DNA of 64,000 nt, taken from IMG/VR virus record IMGVR_UViG_3300025151_000028, positions 6,612 through 70,611 of that record; one strand, 5' to 3'. Every line of letters starts with the position of its first letter. Positions within the stretch are counted from its first letter, which is position 1. This DNA comes from a virus. The notes under the pieces were generated by a model. The model was given only the letters and a program-made list of their open reading frames with translations, was not told the origin of the DNA and searched no databases. The translations under genes were made by a program, and so were the position numbers. Shown here in pieces: positions 30,855 through 39,370 of this stretch.

Positions 30855-31194
30855 CTAATTTTGGTTTTAACGACATTAACGTCAGGTTTAGTCTACTAAG
30901 CTTACTCTTTATGTAATTTAATTTTTTTTCTGGGGTATTCTCATCTGCTATCATCTTCTCATACCCAAGTTTAATATCTTCAAGCTTACTTACATGTTTC
31001 TTTGCTTTCTTCTTGTTGAATAGAAACTTACCAAATCCAGAGAGCTCTACACTGTTGTTTGTCTTTAAAGCATCATGTACACCATCAAACTGATGTGTTA
31101 TCACCTGGTTTATCACTCTTTCTGATATCACCATCTTTGTTGACATCTTCCTCACTATCCACTCTCTGAGCGTCATGTCTTTCGGTTTCTTCAT
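30829..31194 (-). CDS. HU/IHF-like DNA-binding protein
   Basis: SVELSGFGKF signature. Confidence 0.7.
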   Translation of the reverse strand: MKKPKDMTLREWIVRKMSTKMVISERVINQVITHQFDGVHDALKTNNSVELSGFGKFLFNKKKAKKHVSKLEDIKLGYEKMIADENTPEKKLNYIKSKLSRLNLTLMSLKPKLDDKDKGDI

Positions 31195-31543
31195 AGTGCG
31201 CTATCTTTACTACTAAGTTTAAATTTTTTTTGAAGTCTAAAACGATGATGGGATTGACCTTCACCTTACCTGACTCCTTTACAAATATACCTATCTTCTT
31301 AAGCTTAGATACAATATTGTTGATTGTTGCTGTTGTTGTTTTGTACTTGTCACAAAATTGTGTTCTTGCATTGGCATAAGATATCGTACCCTTAACAGCT
31401 GTAAATGCTACCAACTCAATCTCACGTTTGGTAAGACCAAGATTGTTTATAGCTGATAGTATAGAATAATACTTTTGAGCTATAGCATACTCATCACTTA
31501 AGCTTTTCTGTAGCTTTTGAATGACTATCTTTCTTTCTTCCAT
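31085..31543 (-). CDS. Winged-HTH protein (RepL-like)
   Basis: LTKREIEL...TINNIVSKLKKIGIF...VNP. Confidence 0.55.
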   Translation of the reverse strand: MEERKIVIQKLQKSLSDEYAIAQKYYSILSAINNLGLTKREIELVAFTAVKGTISYANARTQFCDKYKTTTATINNIVSKLKKIGIFVKESGKVKVNPIIVLDFKKNLNLVVKIAHYEETERHDAQRVDSEEDVNKDGDIRKSDKPGDNTSV

Positions 31544-31577
31544 GATTTAGTTGTTCTTATTATACATATGTACACTA

Positions 31578-31585
31578 CAAATATA
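31578..31585 (-). promoter_or_regulatory. Bacteroidota -7 promoter element
   Basis: TATATTTG about 35 nt upstream of the ATG at 31543; no clear -33. Confidence 0.5.
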
Positions 31586-31703
31586 CAATAAATATTTTAA
31601 TGTTCTACATCTCTCTGTTTTTCAATGCTATATTATGTATAACATTTCTTTTTTCCTTTTCTTGGGACTCGATAAGTGGTATTAACTAAGCCCACCCACC
31701 CAC

Positions 31704-31736
31704 CAAAGGTATAACATTTTTTTGATACGTTACAAA
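31704..31736 (-). promoter_or_regulatory. Consensus Bacteroidota promoter, leftward
   Basis: TTTG-N21-TACCTTTG. Confidence 0.65.
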
Positions 31737-31883
31737 TTTTGTGCAAACTTTTTTTTCTAAAAGGGCCCACCCCATCGTGTGCATAAGAGAAGAGACCCCT
31801 CCCCACAGAGACCCCACGCATAAAAAGCAGGGTTGGGATAGTCCCCCCTCATTAATAAGTCTAACATTAAAAACAGAAAGAAA

Positions 31884-32273
31884 ATGGCTTTAGAATTTAA
31901 ATTGTACGAACGTACCGAAAGAACTGAATTAGGAACTGTTGCTGAACTAACAGGTGTTGGTGGCAAAATTGGTTTATTACCAACTAACTTTAACAATCAC
32001 GACAAGCGTGTTGTTATTATTATGAAGAAAGCTGATGGCACAAGTGCCCAAGTGGTTTGTTCTTCTAACGTAAGTAAGGGCTTACGAGCTAAGGAAATTA
32101 CCCTCAGCCAAGTGCAGGGCTTTCCAATCGTTGAACAAATTACGCCTGATGGCGAAATCATCAACATTGTAACAATGCCAAGTGGTGGTGCTCTTGTCGA
32201 GTTCAATGTTACTAACGAGGTTGCTGAATACCAAGCACCAACGTTTGACCCAAGCGAGTTGGTTGCTTTCTAA
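31884..32273 (+). CDS. Hypothetical protein, first rightward gene
   Basis: 129 aa with A-rich start region and its own terminator. Confidence 0.75.
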   Translation: MALEFKLYERTERTELGTVAELTGVGGKIGLLPTNFNNHDKRVVIIMKKADGTSAQVVCSSNVSKGLRAKEITLSQVQGFPIVEQITPDGEIINIVTMPSGGALVEFNVTNEVAEYQAPTFDPSELVAF

Positions 32274-32289
32274 GCAATCAATTAGTTCA

Positions 32290-32316
32290 GGAGGGAGGGT
32301 AACACCTCTCTCTTTT
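32290..32316 (+). terminator. Probable terminator
   Basis: GGAGGGAGG-gtaaca-CCTCTCTCT then TTT. Confidence 0.6.
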
Positions 32317-32618
32317 ATATATAGGGTGGGATAAAAGAAAAGGGTGGGCATTTAAAGCACAAAATAGTTTATTTTGGTAAATGTTTCATAACTTTTTGTG
32401 TGTATGTAAGAGTGGATGTGTTCACAGTATCCACTTTTTACCACCTTTTACCACCTTATAAAAACCGAGATGTATAATAAATATATATAGCAATAAATAA
32501 AACTTTCATCCAATTGCAGGTGTTTGCCTTAAAAATTAATGGACATCAGGCTTAAAGATAACCAACATACAAGGATTGCAACCTTGTGAGAGTTTTTAAT
32601 TTAAAGATAAGTAACATT

Positions 32619-32708
32619 ATGAAAAGAAATGATGACACATGCAACACAGCAGTACTTATACTCACTATACTATGTGTTGTTATGTACTTCTTAGGTAAAT
32701 ATACATGA
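32619..32708 (+). CDS. 29-aa membrane peptide
   Basis: Own translation MKRNDDTCNTAVLILTILCVVMYFLGKYT. Confidence 0.45.
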   Translation: MKRNDDTCNTAVLILTILCVVMYFLGKYT

Positions 32709-32709
32709 T

Positions 32710-32844
32710 ATGGAAGATGATTTTGATTACCAAGGACGTTCTAAGAAGCGTTATGAGAATAACATGAAGATTGGTTGTCTTATAGCTATACTCTTTTGGG
32801 GTTTAGTTATAACTATCTTCTTATACAAAATGTTTTGGGCATAG
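32710..32844 (+). CDS. 44-aa membrane peptide
   Basis: Own translation MEDDFDYQGRSKKRYENNMKIGCLIAILFWGLVITIFLYKMFWA; coupled to previous stop. Confidence 0.55.
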   Translation: MEDDFDYQGRSKKRYENNMKIGCLIAILFWGLVITIFLYKMFWA

Positions 32845-32963
32845 AATGGCTATTAAGCAATAATCAGGTGGTGCATCACCCAACGCTGCAGGAGAGCATG
32901 AGCGCAGCCTTCTATGCTTCAAAGCATATTAATAAATACGTTTAACTAATAAATACAACAACG

Positions 32964-33110
32964 ATGAGAACAATTAAGTTAACACCTGTACAGTTTTACA
33001 GGTTTAGAAAGGTTGCACTTCTTTATGGAGTGCTATTTATGTGTAACATATCACAAGGTGTTTACACAGTGGAAGCTAATGATGATAATTTAGAACAAAT
33101 AGGTTATTAG
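32964..33110 (+). CDS. 48-aa hypothetical protein
   Basis: Own translation MRTIKLTPVQFYRFRK...; A-rich leader; abuts next gene. Confidence 0.55.
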   Translation: MRTIKLTPVQFYRFRKVALLYGVLFMCNISQGVYTVEANDDNLEQIGY

Positions 33111-33112
33111 TC

Positions 33113-33361
33113 ATGGCTCAAGAAGAAATGTTTGACATAGAGTATTCCAATGTGGTACTCTTTGTTACAGGATGTTATAGTCCTGCAGAAGCAAGAGTAG
33201 ATTACTATCCAGATGGTTCAGGTTATCCAGGTTCACCAGCTTCATTTGAAATGAACAAGATTCAATGTGGTAGACAAGACATCATGGACTTACTAAGTGG
33301 TAGTCAGCTTGATGAGATAGAGAAATTAATACTAAATACACACTACAATCATGAGTATTAA
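33113..33361 (+). CDS. Hypothetical protein
   Basis: 82-aa ORF (DGSGYPGSP). Confidence 0.7.
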   Translation: MAQEEMFDIEYSNVVLFVTGCYSPAEARVDYYPDGSGYPGSPASFEMNKIQCGRQDIMDLLSGSQLDEIEKLILNTHYNHEY

Positions 33362-33497
33362 AGAACATAAGGTGCTTGCAACAGGTTTGCATTGCATTAC
33401 AGACAAGAAAGGACGTGTACATGTTTACACAGAGAAAGAGTATAGCCTCCTAACATGGTGGTATAAAATCAAATCTAAATACTTTGGACATGGATAG
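33351..33497 (+). CDS. 48-aa hypothetical protein
   Basis: Own translation MSIKEHKVLATGLHCITDKKGRVHVYTEKEY... Confidence 0.55.
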   Translation: MSIKEHKVLATGLHCITDKKGRVHVYTEKEYSLLTWWYKIKSKYFGHG

Positions 33498-33672
33498 ATA
33501 TAAGAAGAATCTCAAGGTAGAAGATGACAAGGTGTACAGTTATGATACACATGTTGCTACAATTGATCAGGAAGCTGAACAGCTTCTTGTTCATGGAGTG
33601 TGGTCAGTTACAACAACTAAACATGTTAACTATGTTGCACAAGAGTATGGATTAAGAAAAAGATACACATGA
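33490..33672 (+). CDS. Hypothetical protein
   Basis: YSYDTHVATI...SVTTTKHVN, a pattern common in small early phage proteins; ATG at 33490. Confidence 0.7.
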   Translation: MDRYKKNLKVEDDKVYSYDTHVATIDQEAEQLLVHGVWSVTTTKHVNYVAQEYGLRKRYT

Positions 33673-34502
33673 TTAAGACACAGAAAACACGTACACTAGT
33701 TACGAAAGATAACAACAATAGTGCTAATTGCATTGCTCCAAACCTCATCTATGGTTGCTTTGGTGGTTGTGTGGACACATATTGTTACATGTCTAGGTAT
33801 AATGGACGTAGAGTGTTTGTAAACACAAATGTAGAAGACATATTTCAATCTGTTGTTGAGTGGGAGAAAGGATTCAATAAGGTTCCAGACCAACAGGATC
33901 CAATCTACACTATGGTTGACGTAGCATGCAATACAGACTTAGTGCTTATGCAAAAGCATATGCCTGAGTCTTTGCATGACTATTTGAAGCGTTATGATGA
34001 CCATCCACAGCTTAACAGTACAATGGCTACAAAGTATCCAGCGCTGTTAAAGCTTGATGTTACACATTTCAACAAGCCACCAAGAGTGCGTGTTAGCCTT
34101 ATGCCACAAACATATTCTAATGTATTAGAACCTAAGATGCAGAAGATATCATCTCGTATAGAGGATATTGATCGCTTGAAAGACTTAGGATGGCAAGTGC
34201 ACATAAACTATTCACCTGTTGTGTTCCAAAGAAGATGGATACAGGAGTATGATGAACTGTTTGCAGAGGTGAAACGTGTAGCAGGTGTGAACAAGTGTGA
34301 AGTGATAGTGCTCACTAATCATAGGAATCAGATGGCTAAAGCATCACCAGAAGCACAAGAGATGATGAAATACAGCTGTGAGATCAAGAACAACAGTGGT
34401 GTGATGCGTTATCCAATACGTGATAAGACTAAATTGCTTTCAAGATGGAAGCAGTTGTACAATAAATACTTTGAATTAAACACAATTAGATATATATTTT
34501 AA
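33669..34502 (+). CDS. Spore photoproduct lyase-like radical SAM protein
   Basis: GCFGGCVDTYCYM, MATKY, RVRVSLMP, LEP, INYSPV, MRYP. Confidence 0.75.
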   Translation: MIKTQKTRTLVTKDNNNSANCIAPNLIYGCFGGCVDTYCYMSRYNGRRVFVNTNVEDIFQSVVEWEKGFNKVPDQQDPIYTMVDVACNTDLVLMQKHMPESLHDYLKRYDDHPQLNSTMATKYPALLKLDVTHFNKPPRVRVSLMPQTYSNVLEPKMQKISSRIEDIDRLKDLGWQVHINYSPVVFQRRWIQEYDELFAEVKRVAGVNKCEVIVLTNHRNQMAKASPEAQEMMKYSCEIKNNSGVMRYPIRDKTKLLSRWKQLYNKYFELNTIRYIF

Positions 34503-34503
34503 A

Positions 34504-34737
34504 ATGGAAAATTACAGAAGAGTAAAAGGTTATGAGTTTGAGTTTATAGACCAAGGACCAGATGATAGATTCTATCAGTGTCGTGGTGATGTTTATTATG
34601 ATGATGATCATGATGAGATACCTGAACCAGGTTTATGGAAAGCAGCTCTAGAATTAGAACAACAATTAAAAGATGAGGGTTATGTTGCAGAGGCAAACCA
34701 CTCTGAGAAAGGATGGGTTGAGGTGTGTCTGCTTTAA
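34504..34737 (+). CDS. Hypothetical protein
   Basis: 77-aa ORF. Confidence 0.7.
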   Translation: MENYRRVKGYEFEFIDQGPDDRFYQCRGDVYYDDDHDEIPEPGLWKAALELEQQLKDEGYVAEANHSEKGWVEVCLL

Positions 34738-35090
34738 TTAGTGTAATTGAATGGAATACTGGACAGTCATTTCATTCTAAGAATCTAGCAGCTAGTTACT
34801 TCAACATACCTTATTCCTTAGTTACCAAGAGTATTAAGAAGGATGTAGAGGTTATTACTAAAAGAGGTAAGAAGCTTAGATTTACAACAGGTGGGTCAAC
34901 AAGAGTTAGATCTGCTGTACACAAACCAAAGACTGAAGATGGTAAGACATTAAACTTTGGTAAGCATAAAGGAACTCAAATGAGGGACATACCAACACAA
35001 TACTTAAAATGGGCATATGATAATGTAAGCAGATGTCCAAAGTGTGTTGAGCAAGAATTAATAAAAAGAAAAGAAATACTAAATAGATAA
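34725..35090 (+). CDS. NUMOD1-like HTH fused to an FGKHKG domain
   Basis: FHSKNLAASYFNI; LNFGKHKGTQMRDIPTQYLKW. Confidence 0.6.
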   Translation: MSALISVIEWNTGQSFHSKNLAASYFNIPYSLVTKSIKKDVEVITKRGKKLRFTTGGSTRVRSAVHKPKTEDGKTLNFGKHKGTQMRDIPTQYLKWAYDNVSRCPKCVEQELIKRKEILNR

Positions 35091-35094
35091 AAAA

Positions 35095-35268
35095 ATGGAA
35101 GGAATAAAAGATTTACCAGAAGAAATGGCTAGCAACAAACAGCCATTCATTATGTGCCCATCTTGTTTTAAAGGAGGCATTAAGTTTAATTACATCACTA
35201 ATGAGGGATCATGTGACCATTGTGGTACAAGATTCACTAAACATGGTGATAGTATAAGATTTGTGTGA
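35095..35268 (+). CDS. 57-aa Zn-ribbon protein
   Basis: Own translation with CPSC...CDHC. Confidence 0.6.
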   Translation: MEGIKDLPEEMASNKQPFIMCPSCFKGGIKFNYITNEGSCDHCGTRFTKHGDSIRFV

Positions 35269-35269
35269 T

Positions 35270-35737
35270 ATGTGGATAGCTTGTGAATTAGTATTCCGTC
35301 ACTATAATCCTAAGGAGTTAGAGCAGGGAATGTTATTCATGAACGAGCTAAATCCTGGGAATGAAGCGAAGGAACAAGTAGAAGTGTGGGCCCTCAAAGA
35401 AGAAGGTATACACAAACAAATAAGTTATGACATGATGGTATTTGAATGTGGGTTTCCTGTTCAACCATGGATTATTACAGATGATGGCAGAATAGCTGCT
35501 ATACCAGAAGAAATAGGTTGGTTTGATCCAGGTAAACGTTCAGAAGAACTAATACCATTCACAATAACTGAAATGAACTTCATCATGCAAGAGTTTGATG
35601 GACTACTAGAAATCTTTGTTAACGAAGATGAACTAGAGAAAGGGATTGTAGATCCTGTGTACGAAGATAACTTGGTGATTCTCAGATTCTTAACTGATGA
35701 TGAGGATGCAGAAGAGTTATATTTTGAAGAAGAATAA
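35270..35737 (+). CDS. Hypothetical acidic protein
   Basis: ORF track; ATG at 35270. Confidence 0.7.
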   Translation: MWIACELVFRHYNPKELEQGMLFMNELNPGNEAKEQVEVWALKEEGIHKQISYDMMVFECGFPVQPWIITDDGRIAAIPEEIGWFDPGKRSEELIPFTITEMNFIMQEFDGLLEIFVNEDELEKGIVDPVYEDNLVILRFLTDDEDAEELYFEEE

Positions 35738-35739
35738 TT

Positions 35740-35868
35740 ATGGAAGAATTAAGTAATTGCTGTGGAGCTTCTAGATGGGGTGAAACAGACATATGCTCAG
35801 ATTGTAAAGAGCATGCAGATTTTGAACCAGATGAAGACTGGGATAACGAAGTAATAAATAAAAGATAA
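35740..35868 (+). CDS. 42-aa Cys-rich protein
   Basis: Own translation MEELSNCCGASRWGETDICSDCKEHADF... Confidence 0.6.
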   Translation: MEELSNCCGASRWGETDICSDCKEHADFEPDEDWDNEVINKR

Positions 35869-35872
35869 TAAA

Positions 35873-36445
35873 ATGGGAGTAGATATTTATGGTAAAGCAC
35901 CTAAGCTTATAGGCAAGAGGCCTGAATTAGACTTTGATGATGATAATCTTACCGATGAACAGAAGAAAAACTATTGGGAAGCATTAGAAAAGTGGGAAAA
36001 GAAGAATCCTGGTTACTATTTTAGGAGTAACTGGTGGGGTTGGAGACCAATAGTTATGTTGTGTGCACACGCAGCAGAGCAACATAGATTGGAGTTTAAC
36101 TTTGATGCATGGATGGGTAATGATGGACTAGGATTGGACAACTGGCAAGAGTGTAACGCTCTAGCAGATGCATTAGAGATCTCTATTGCTGAAGAGGAGA
36201 ACCTAAAAGATGATGAGGATACTATATATTGTAATATGGGATCTTGGTCTCAATCAGGTGGTCTTATGGTTGACCAAGACACAGTGGAGAAACTTAATGA
36301 AGACTATCCTTATGGTTCAATTATGTTTACCAGCATAGTTACTGATGATGGAAATGTTTATTATCCTTCACACGGTACACCTCTTTGGTTAATAAATTCA
36401 TTTATTAATTTTCTTAGAAATTGTGGTGGGTTTTCTATTTGGTAA
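35873..36445 (+). CDS. Hypothetical protein
   Basis: 190 aa; GYYFRSNWWGWRP...FLRNCGGFSIW. Confidence 0.75.
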   Translation: MGVDIYGKAPKLIGKRPELDFDDDNLTDEQKKNYWEALEKWEKKNPGYYFRSNWWGWRPIVMLCAHAAEQHRLEFNFDAWMGNDGLGLDNWQECNALADALEISIAEEENLKDDEDTIYCNMGSWSQSGGLMVDQDTVEKLNEDYPYGSIMFTSIVTDDGNVYYPSHGTPLWLINSFINFLRNCGGFSIW

Positions 36446-36468
36446 TCTAACTAAATTTATTACTTTTG
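36438..36468 (+). promoter_or_regulatory. Consensus Bacteroidota promoter for the PolB operon
   Basis: TTTG-N19-TACTTTTG. Confidence 0.65.
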
Positions 36469-36489
36469 TAAACTCACCAATAACGTAGT

Positions 36490-36687
36490 ATGAAGTTTAT
36501 AACCTTTTTAATTAGATGGGTAGCAGGCAATTTGTCTATACCTTTCTGGGTAGTAGGGCATATACACTTATCTATACATGATTTTCATGACCTATACGAA
36601 GTAATTAGTAGTGTAGGCATGAATATCATTGTAGCAATTGGATTTTATTTAGAATGGAGAGACGTAAATAAACAAGAACATGAATGA
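36490..36687 (+). CDS. Small membrane protein
   Basis: Two hydrophobic segments. Confidence 0.6.
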   Translation: MKFITFLIRWVAGNLSIPFWVVGHIHLSIHDFHDLYEVISSVGMNIIVAIGFYLEWRDVNKQEHE

Positions 36688-38638
36688 CGTAATTATATAT
36701 GATATAGAAACTATGCAAGAGTGCTTCATTGTTGTATGTATGCAACCTGAGAAGACACCTCGTAGCTTTGTAGTAAGCAAGTGGCAGAACCAACTGGATG
36801 CATTTGTAAAATATACAGACACACACAAGGAAGCATATTGGGTAGGTTATAACAACTTACGTTTTGATGGTCAGGTAGTTGAATGGATACTCAGAAACTA
36901 TGAGCAATGGCATGATTGTACAGGACTAGAGATATGTGCTAAGATTGCACAGAAGGCTCAGGATGTTATACATGATGCTAACTTTGATGTGTTTGCTGAA
37001 TATAGAGAGTATGAGCTTACACTCAAGCAACTTGATTTGTTTAAGATTCACCATTATGACAATAAGAACAGACGTGTAAGTCTGAAGAGGTTAGAGTTTG
37101 AGATGGATCTTGAAAACATTGAAGAGATGCCTATACATTATGCAAAGACAGGACTAACAAGAGATGAGGTGTTCTTATCACTACAGTACTGTTTCAATGA
37201 TGTTGATGCAACTTATGAGTTTTACAAGATAACTCTTGGTGATACAGATCATCCACTATACAAGGGTAATAACCAGATACAACTAAGAAAAGATATTGAA
37301 GAGGAGTTTGGTATACCTTGTTTAAACTATTCAGATAGTAAGATAGGGGATGAGATAATCAAGAAGTATTATTGTGAGGAGAAAGGTATAGATATACGTG
37401 AGCTTCCTCGCAAGGGTTACTTCAGAAAGAGTATAAACCTAAAGAATTGTATAGCACACTATGTAGAGTTTGAAACTGAACAGCTACAAAAGTTTCTTGA
37501 GACTATTAAGAAGCTTAAGTTGGGCCTTCAGGATGACTTCAAAGAGCATATACATTTCTATGACAATGTCTATTCATTTATGAAAGGTGGTCTTCACACA
37601 GAGAACAAGCCTGAAGTATTTGAAGAAGATGAAGAGTATGAAATCATTGACTGGGATGTAGCTAGTTACTATCCTGCTATTATTATTAATAGTGAGAAGT
37701 ATCCTGCTCATCTAGGAAAGGAGTTCTTGCGTGGGTATAAGCAAATGTTTGAGAAAAGACTAGAGCTTAAACCACAGGCCAAGAGTGACAGGAGAATCAA
37801 AGGAATCGTAGGAGCACTTAAACTTGCAGTTAACTCTGTGTATGGTAAGTCATCTGATATGAATTCATGGATATATGATAGGCAACTAACTATGTTCACC
37901 ACTATAACTGGTGAGCTTAGTTTGATGATGCTTATTGAGAAATATGAACTGAATGACATACATGTGATCTCTGCTAACACAGATGGTGTAACGATTAAAG
38001 TGAGAAAAGACTTGATTCCTAAGATGCATGAGATAAACAAATGGTGGTGTGATGTTACACAGTATGTACTGGAGCGCACAGACTACACAAAGATTATCTT
38101 CTCAACAGTTAATGACTACCTGGCTATCATGCCAGATGGGTACATAAAGAAGAAAGGTGACTTTCTTACAGACTTTGAACTACATAAGAATAAGTCTGCA
38201 CGTATTGTACCTATAGCACTAGAGCAGTATTATGTAAATGGTATACCTGTTAAGGAAACAATCATTAATCATAAGAACTTGTATGACTTCTGTATTAGAA
38301 AGAAAGCCTCTAAAGACTTTCACTATGAAGGAGTTGATGCATCTAATGCTATAACTAAATATGATAAGCTCATCAGGTACTATGTAGGTAAGACTGGTGA
38401 GAAAGTTTACAAAGTGAAGAACGAGTCTTCTAATAGCAAAGCTGCTAAAAGAAGTCAAGTAGAGGCTGGTGAGTGGAAGTGTTATGTATGTAACACTCTT
38501 CCTTCCAACTCTCCAGTGGACAATGTAAACTATAATTATTATATAGACAAAGCAGAGAGTATGATAACTAAAATTTTGACCAACGGTAAGCGTAAGAAGA
38601 GTACGTTTATCCCTGGTCAACTAAATCTTTTTGGTTAA
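36680..38638 (+). CDS. polB: DNA polymerase family B
   Basis: Exonuclease YDIET, GYNNLRFD, YCFND; polymerase DVASYYP, KLAVNSVYGK, NTDG. Confidence 0.95.
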   Translation: MNDVIIYDIETMQECFIVVCMQPEKTPRSFVVSKWQNQLDAFVKYTDTHKEAYWVGYNNLRFDGQVVEWILRNYEQWHDCTGLEICAKIAQKAQDVIHDANFDVFAEYREYELTLKQLDLFKIHHYDNKNRRVSLKRLEFEMDLENIEEMPIHYAKTGLTRDEVFLSLQYCFNDVDATYEFYKITLGDTDHPLYKGNNQIQLRKDIEEEFGIPCLNYSDSKIGDEIIKKYYCEEKGIDIRELPRKGYFRKSINLKNCIAHYVEFETEQLQKFLETIKKLKLGLQDDFKEHIHFYDNVYSFMKGGLHTENKPEVFEEDEEYEIIDWDVASYYPAIIINSEKYPAHLGKEFLRGYKQMFEKRLELKPQAKSDRRIKGIVGALKLAVNSVYGKSSDMNSWIYDRQLTMFTTITGELSLMMLIEKYELNDIHVISANTDGVTIKVRKDLIPKMHEINKWWCDVTQYVLERTDYTKIIFSTVNDYLAIMPDGYIKKKGDFLTDFELHKNKSARIVPIALEQYYVNGIPVKETIINHKNLYDFCIRKKASKDFHYEGVDASNAITKYDKLIRYYVGKTGEKVYKVKNESSNSKAAKRSQVEAGEWKCYVCNTLPSNSPVDNVNYNYYIDKAESMITKILTNGKRKKSTFIPGQLNLFG

Positions 38639-38901
38639 TGAAAAAGAGAGCTAAGATAAATAGAGGTAATATAACTAGACATCTTATTGAGTATCAGTTA
38701 GATATGGTTGGAAAGCGATTAGTAGACACATTAGATGATGACAAATGGTATTTCAACTGGACAATGACAAGAGAACAATATAATGAGTTCTATAAGTATG
38801 CTATAAGGACACTTAAGAAGGTGTTTAAGTTTAACACAAATAAAGCAAAAGAAACGTTCGACTGGTTCTATGAACAATTCGGACTAAGAATTAAAAATTA
38901 A
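38638..38901 (+). CDS. Hypothetical protein
   Basis: 87-aa ORF coupled to polB. Confidence 0.7.
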   Translation: MKKRAKINRGNITRHLIEYQLDMVGKRLVDTLDDDKWYFNWTMTREQYNEFYKYAIRTLKKVFKFNTNKAKETFDWFYEQFGLRIKN

Positions 38902-38919
38902 CAATTAAAATCAATAATT

Positions 38920-39162
38920 ATGAACAACGGAGTATTATTATTCACAATCCTTGTAATGCTAGTAGGACTAGCTTACACAATGTATGCAGTTTTCTTTGAT
39001 AGCCAAGAGCTACCAGAACCAACACCAAAGCGTAAGAGAGGTAGACCAAAGGGAAGTAAGAATAAGGTCAAGAAGACTAGTATAATAGTTAACAAACCAA
39101 AACGTGGTCCAGGTAGACCTAAGGGATCTAAAAACAAGAAGAAGAATGTCAAAGCTAATTAA
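38920..39162 (+). CDS. Membrane-anchored AT-hook protein
   Basis: N-terminal TM helix; KRKRGRPKGSKNK and KRGPGRPKGSKNK. Confidence 0.7.
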   Translation: MNNGVLLFTILVMLVGLAYTMYAVFFDSQELPEPTPKRKRGRPKGSKNKVKKTSIIVNKPKRGPGRPKGSKNKKKNVKAN

Positions 39163-39370
39163 CGAAGACTGGGAACATGCAGCTTATGCTAATGATAAGA
39201 TGTATGAAGGAGAGCGAAAGTATAGAATGGAGCTCGAATGGCAAGAGTGGGAACACGAACAACAAAAGAAGAGAAAGAAACCTGCTACTATAGTGGTAGA
39301 AAAACCAGTAAAAGATGAGAATGCACATATCCCCACAAGTATTCAAAGAACTCATCAAAAAAAGCTATAG
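39146..39370 (+). CDS. Hypothetical protein
   Basis: ATG at 39146 (MSKLINEDW). Confidence 0.6.
   Translation: MSKLINEDWEHAAYANDKMYEGERKYRMELEWQEWEHEQQKKRKKPATIVVEKPVKDENAHIPTSIQRTHQKKL

Noticed and set aside
31633-32351. Minus-strand ORFs 31633-31821, 31757-31996, 31997-32206 and 32082-32351
   Set aside because: They overlap promoters or lie antisense to the 31884 gene and have no recognisable protein features.
31544-32960. tRNA genes or known ribozymes in the large intergenic gaps
   Set aside because: No cloverleaf or T-loop was found by eye. The minus-strand CTGATG near 32545 lacks the full hammerhead core. A covariance search could still overturn this.
27613-38638. Introns or inteins in terminase or PolB
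   Set aside because: Both are uninterrupted and of ordinary length, with no splicing motifs. The HNH genes are free-standing.
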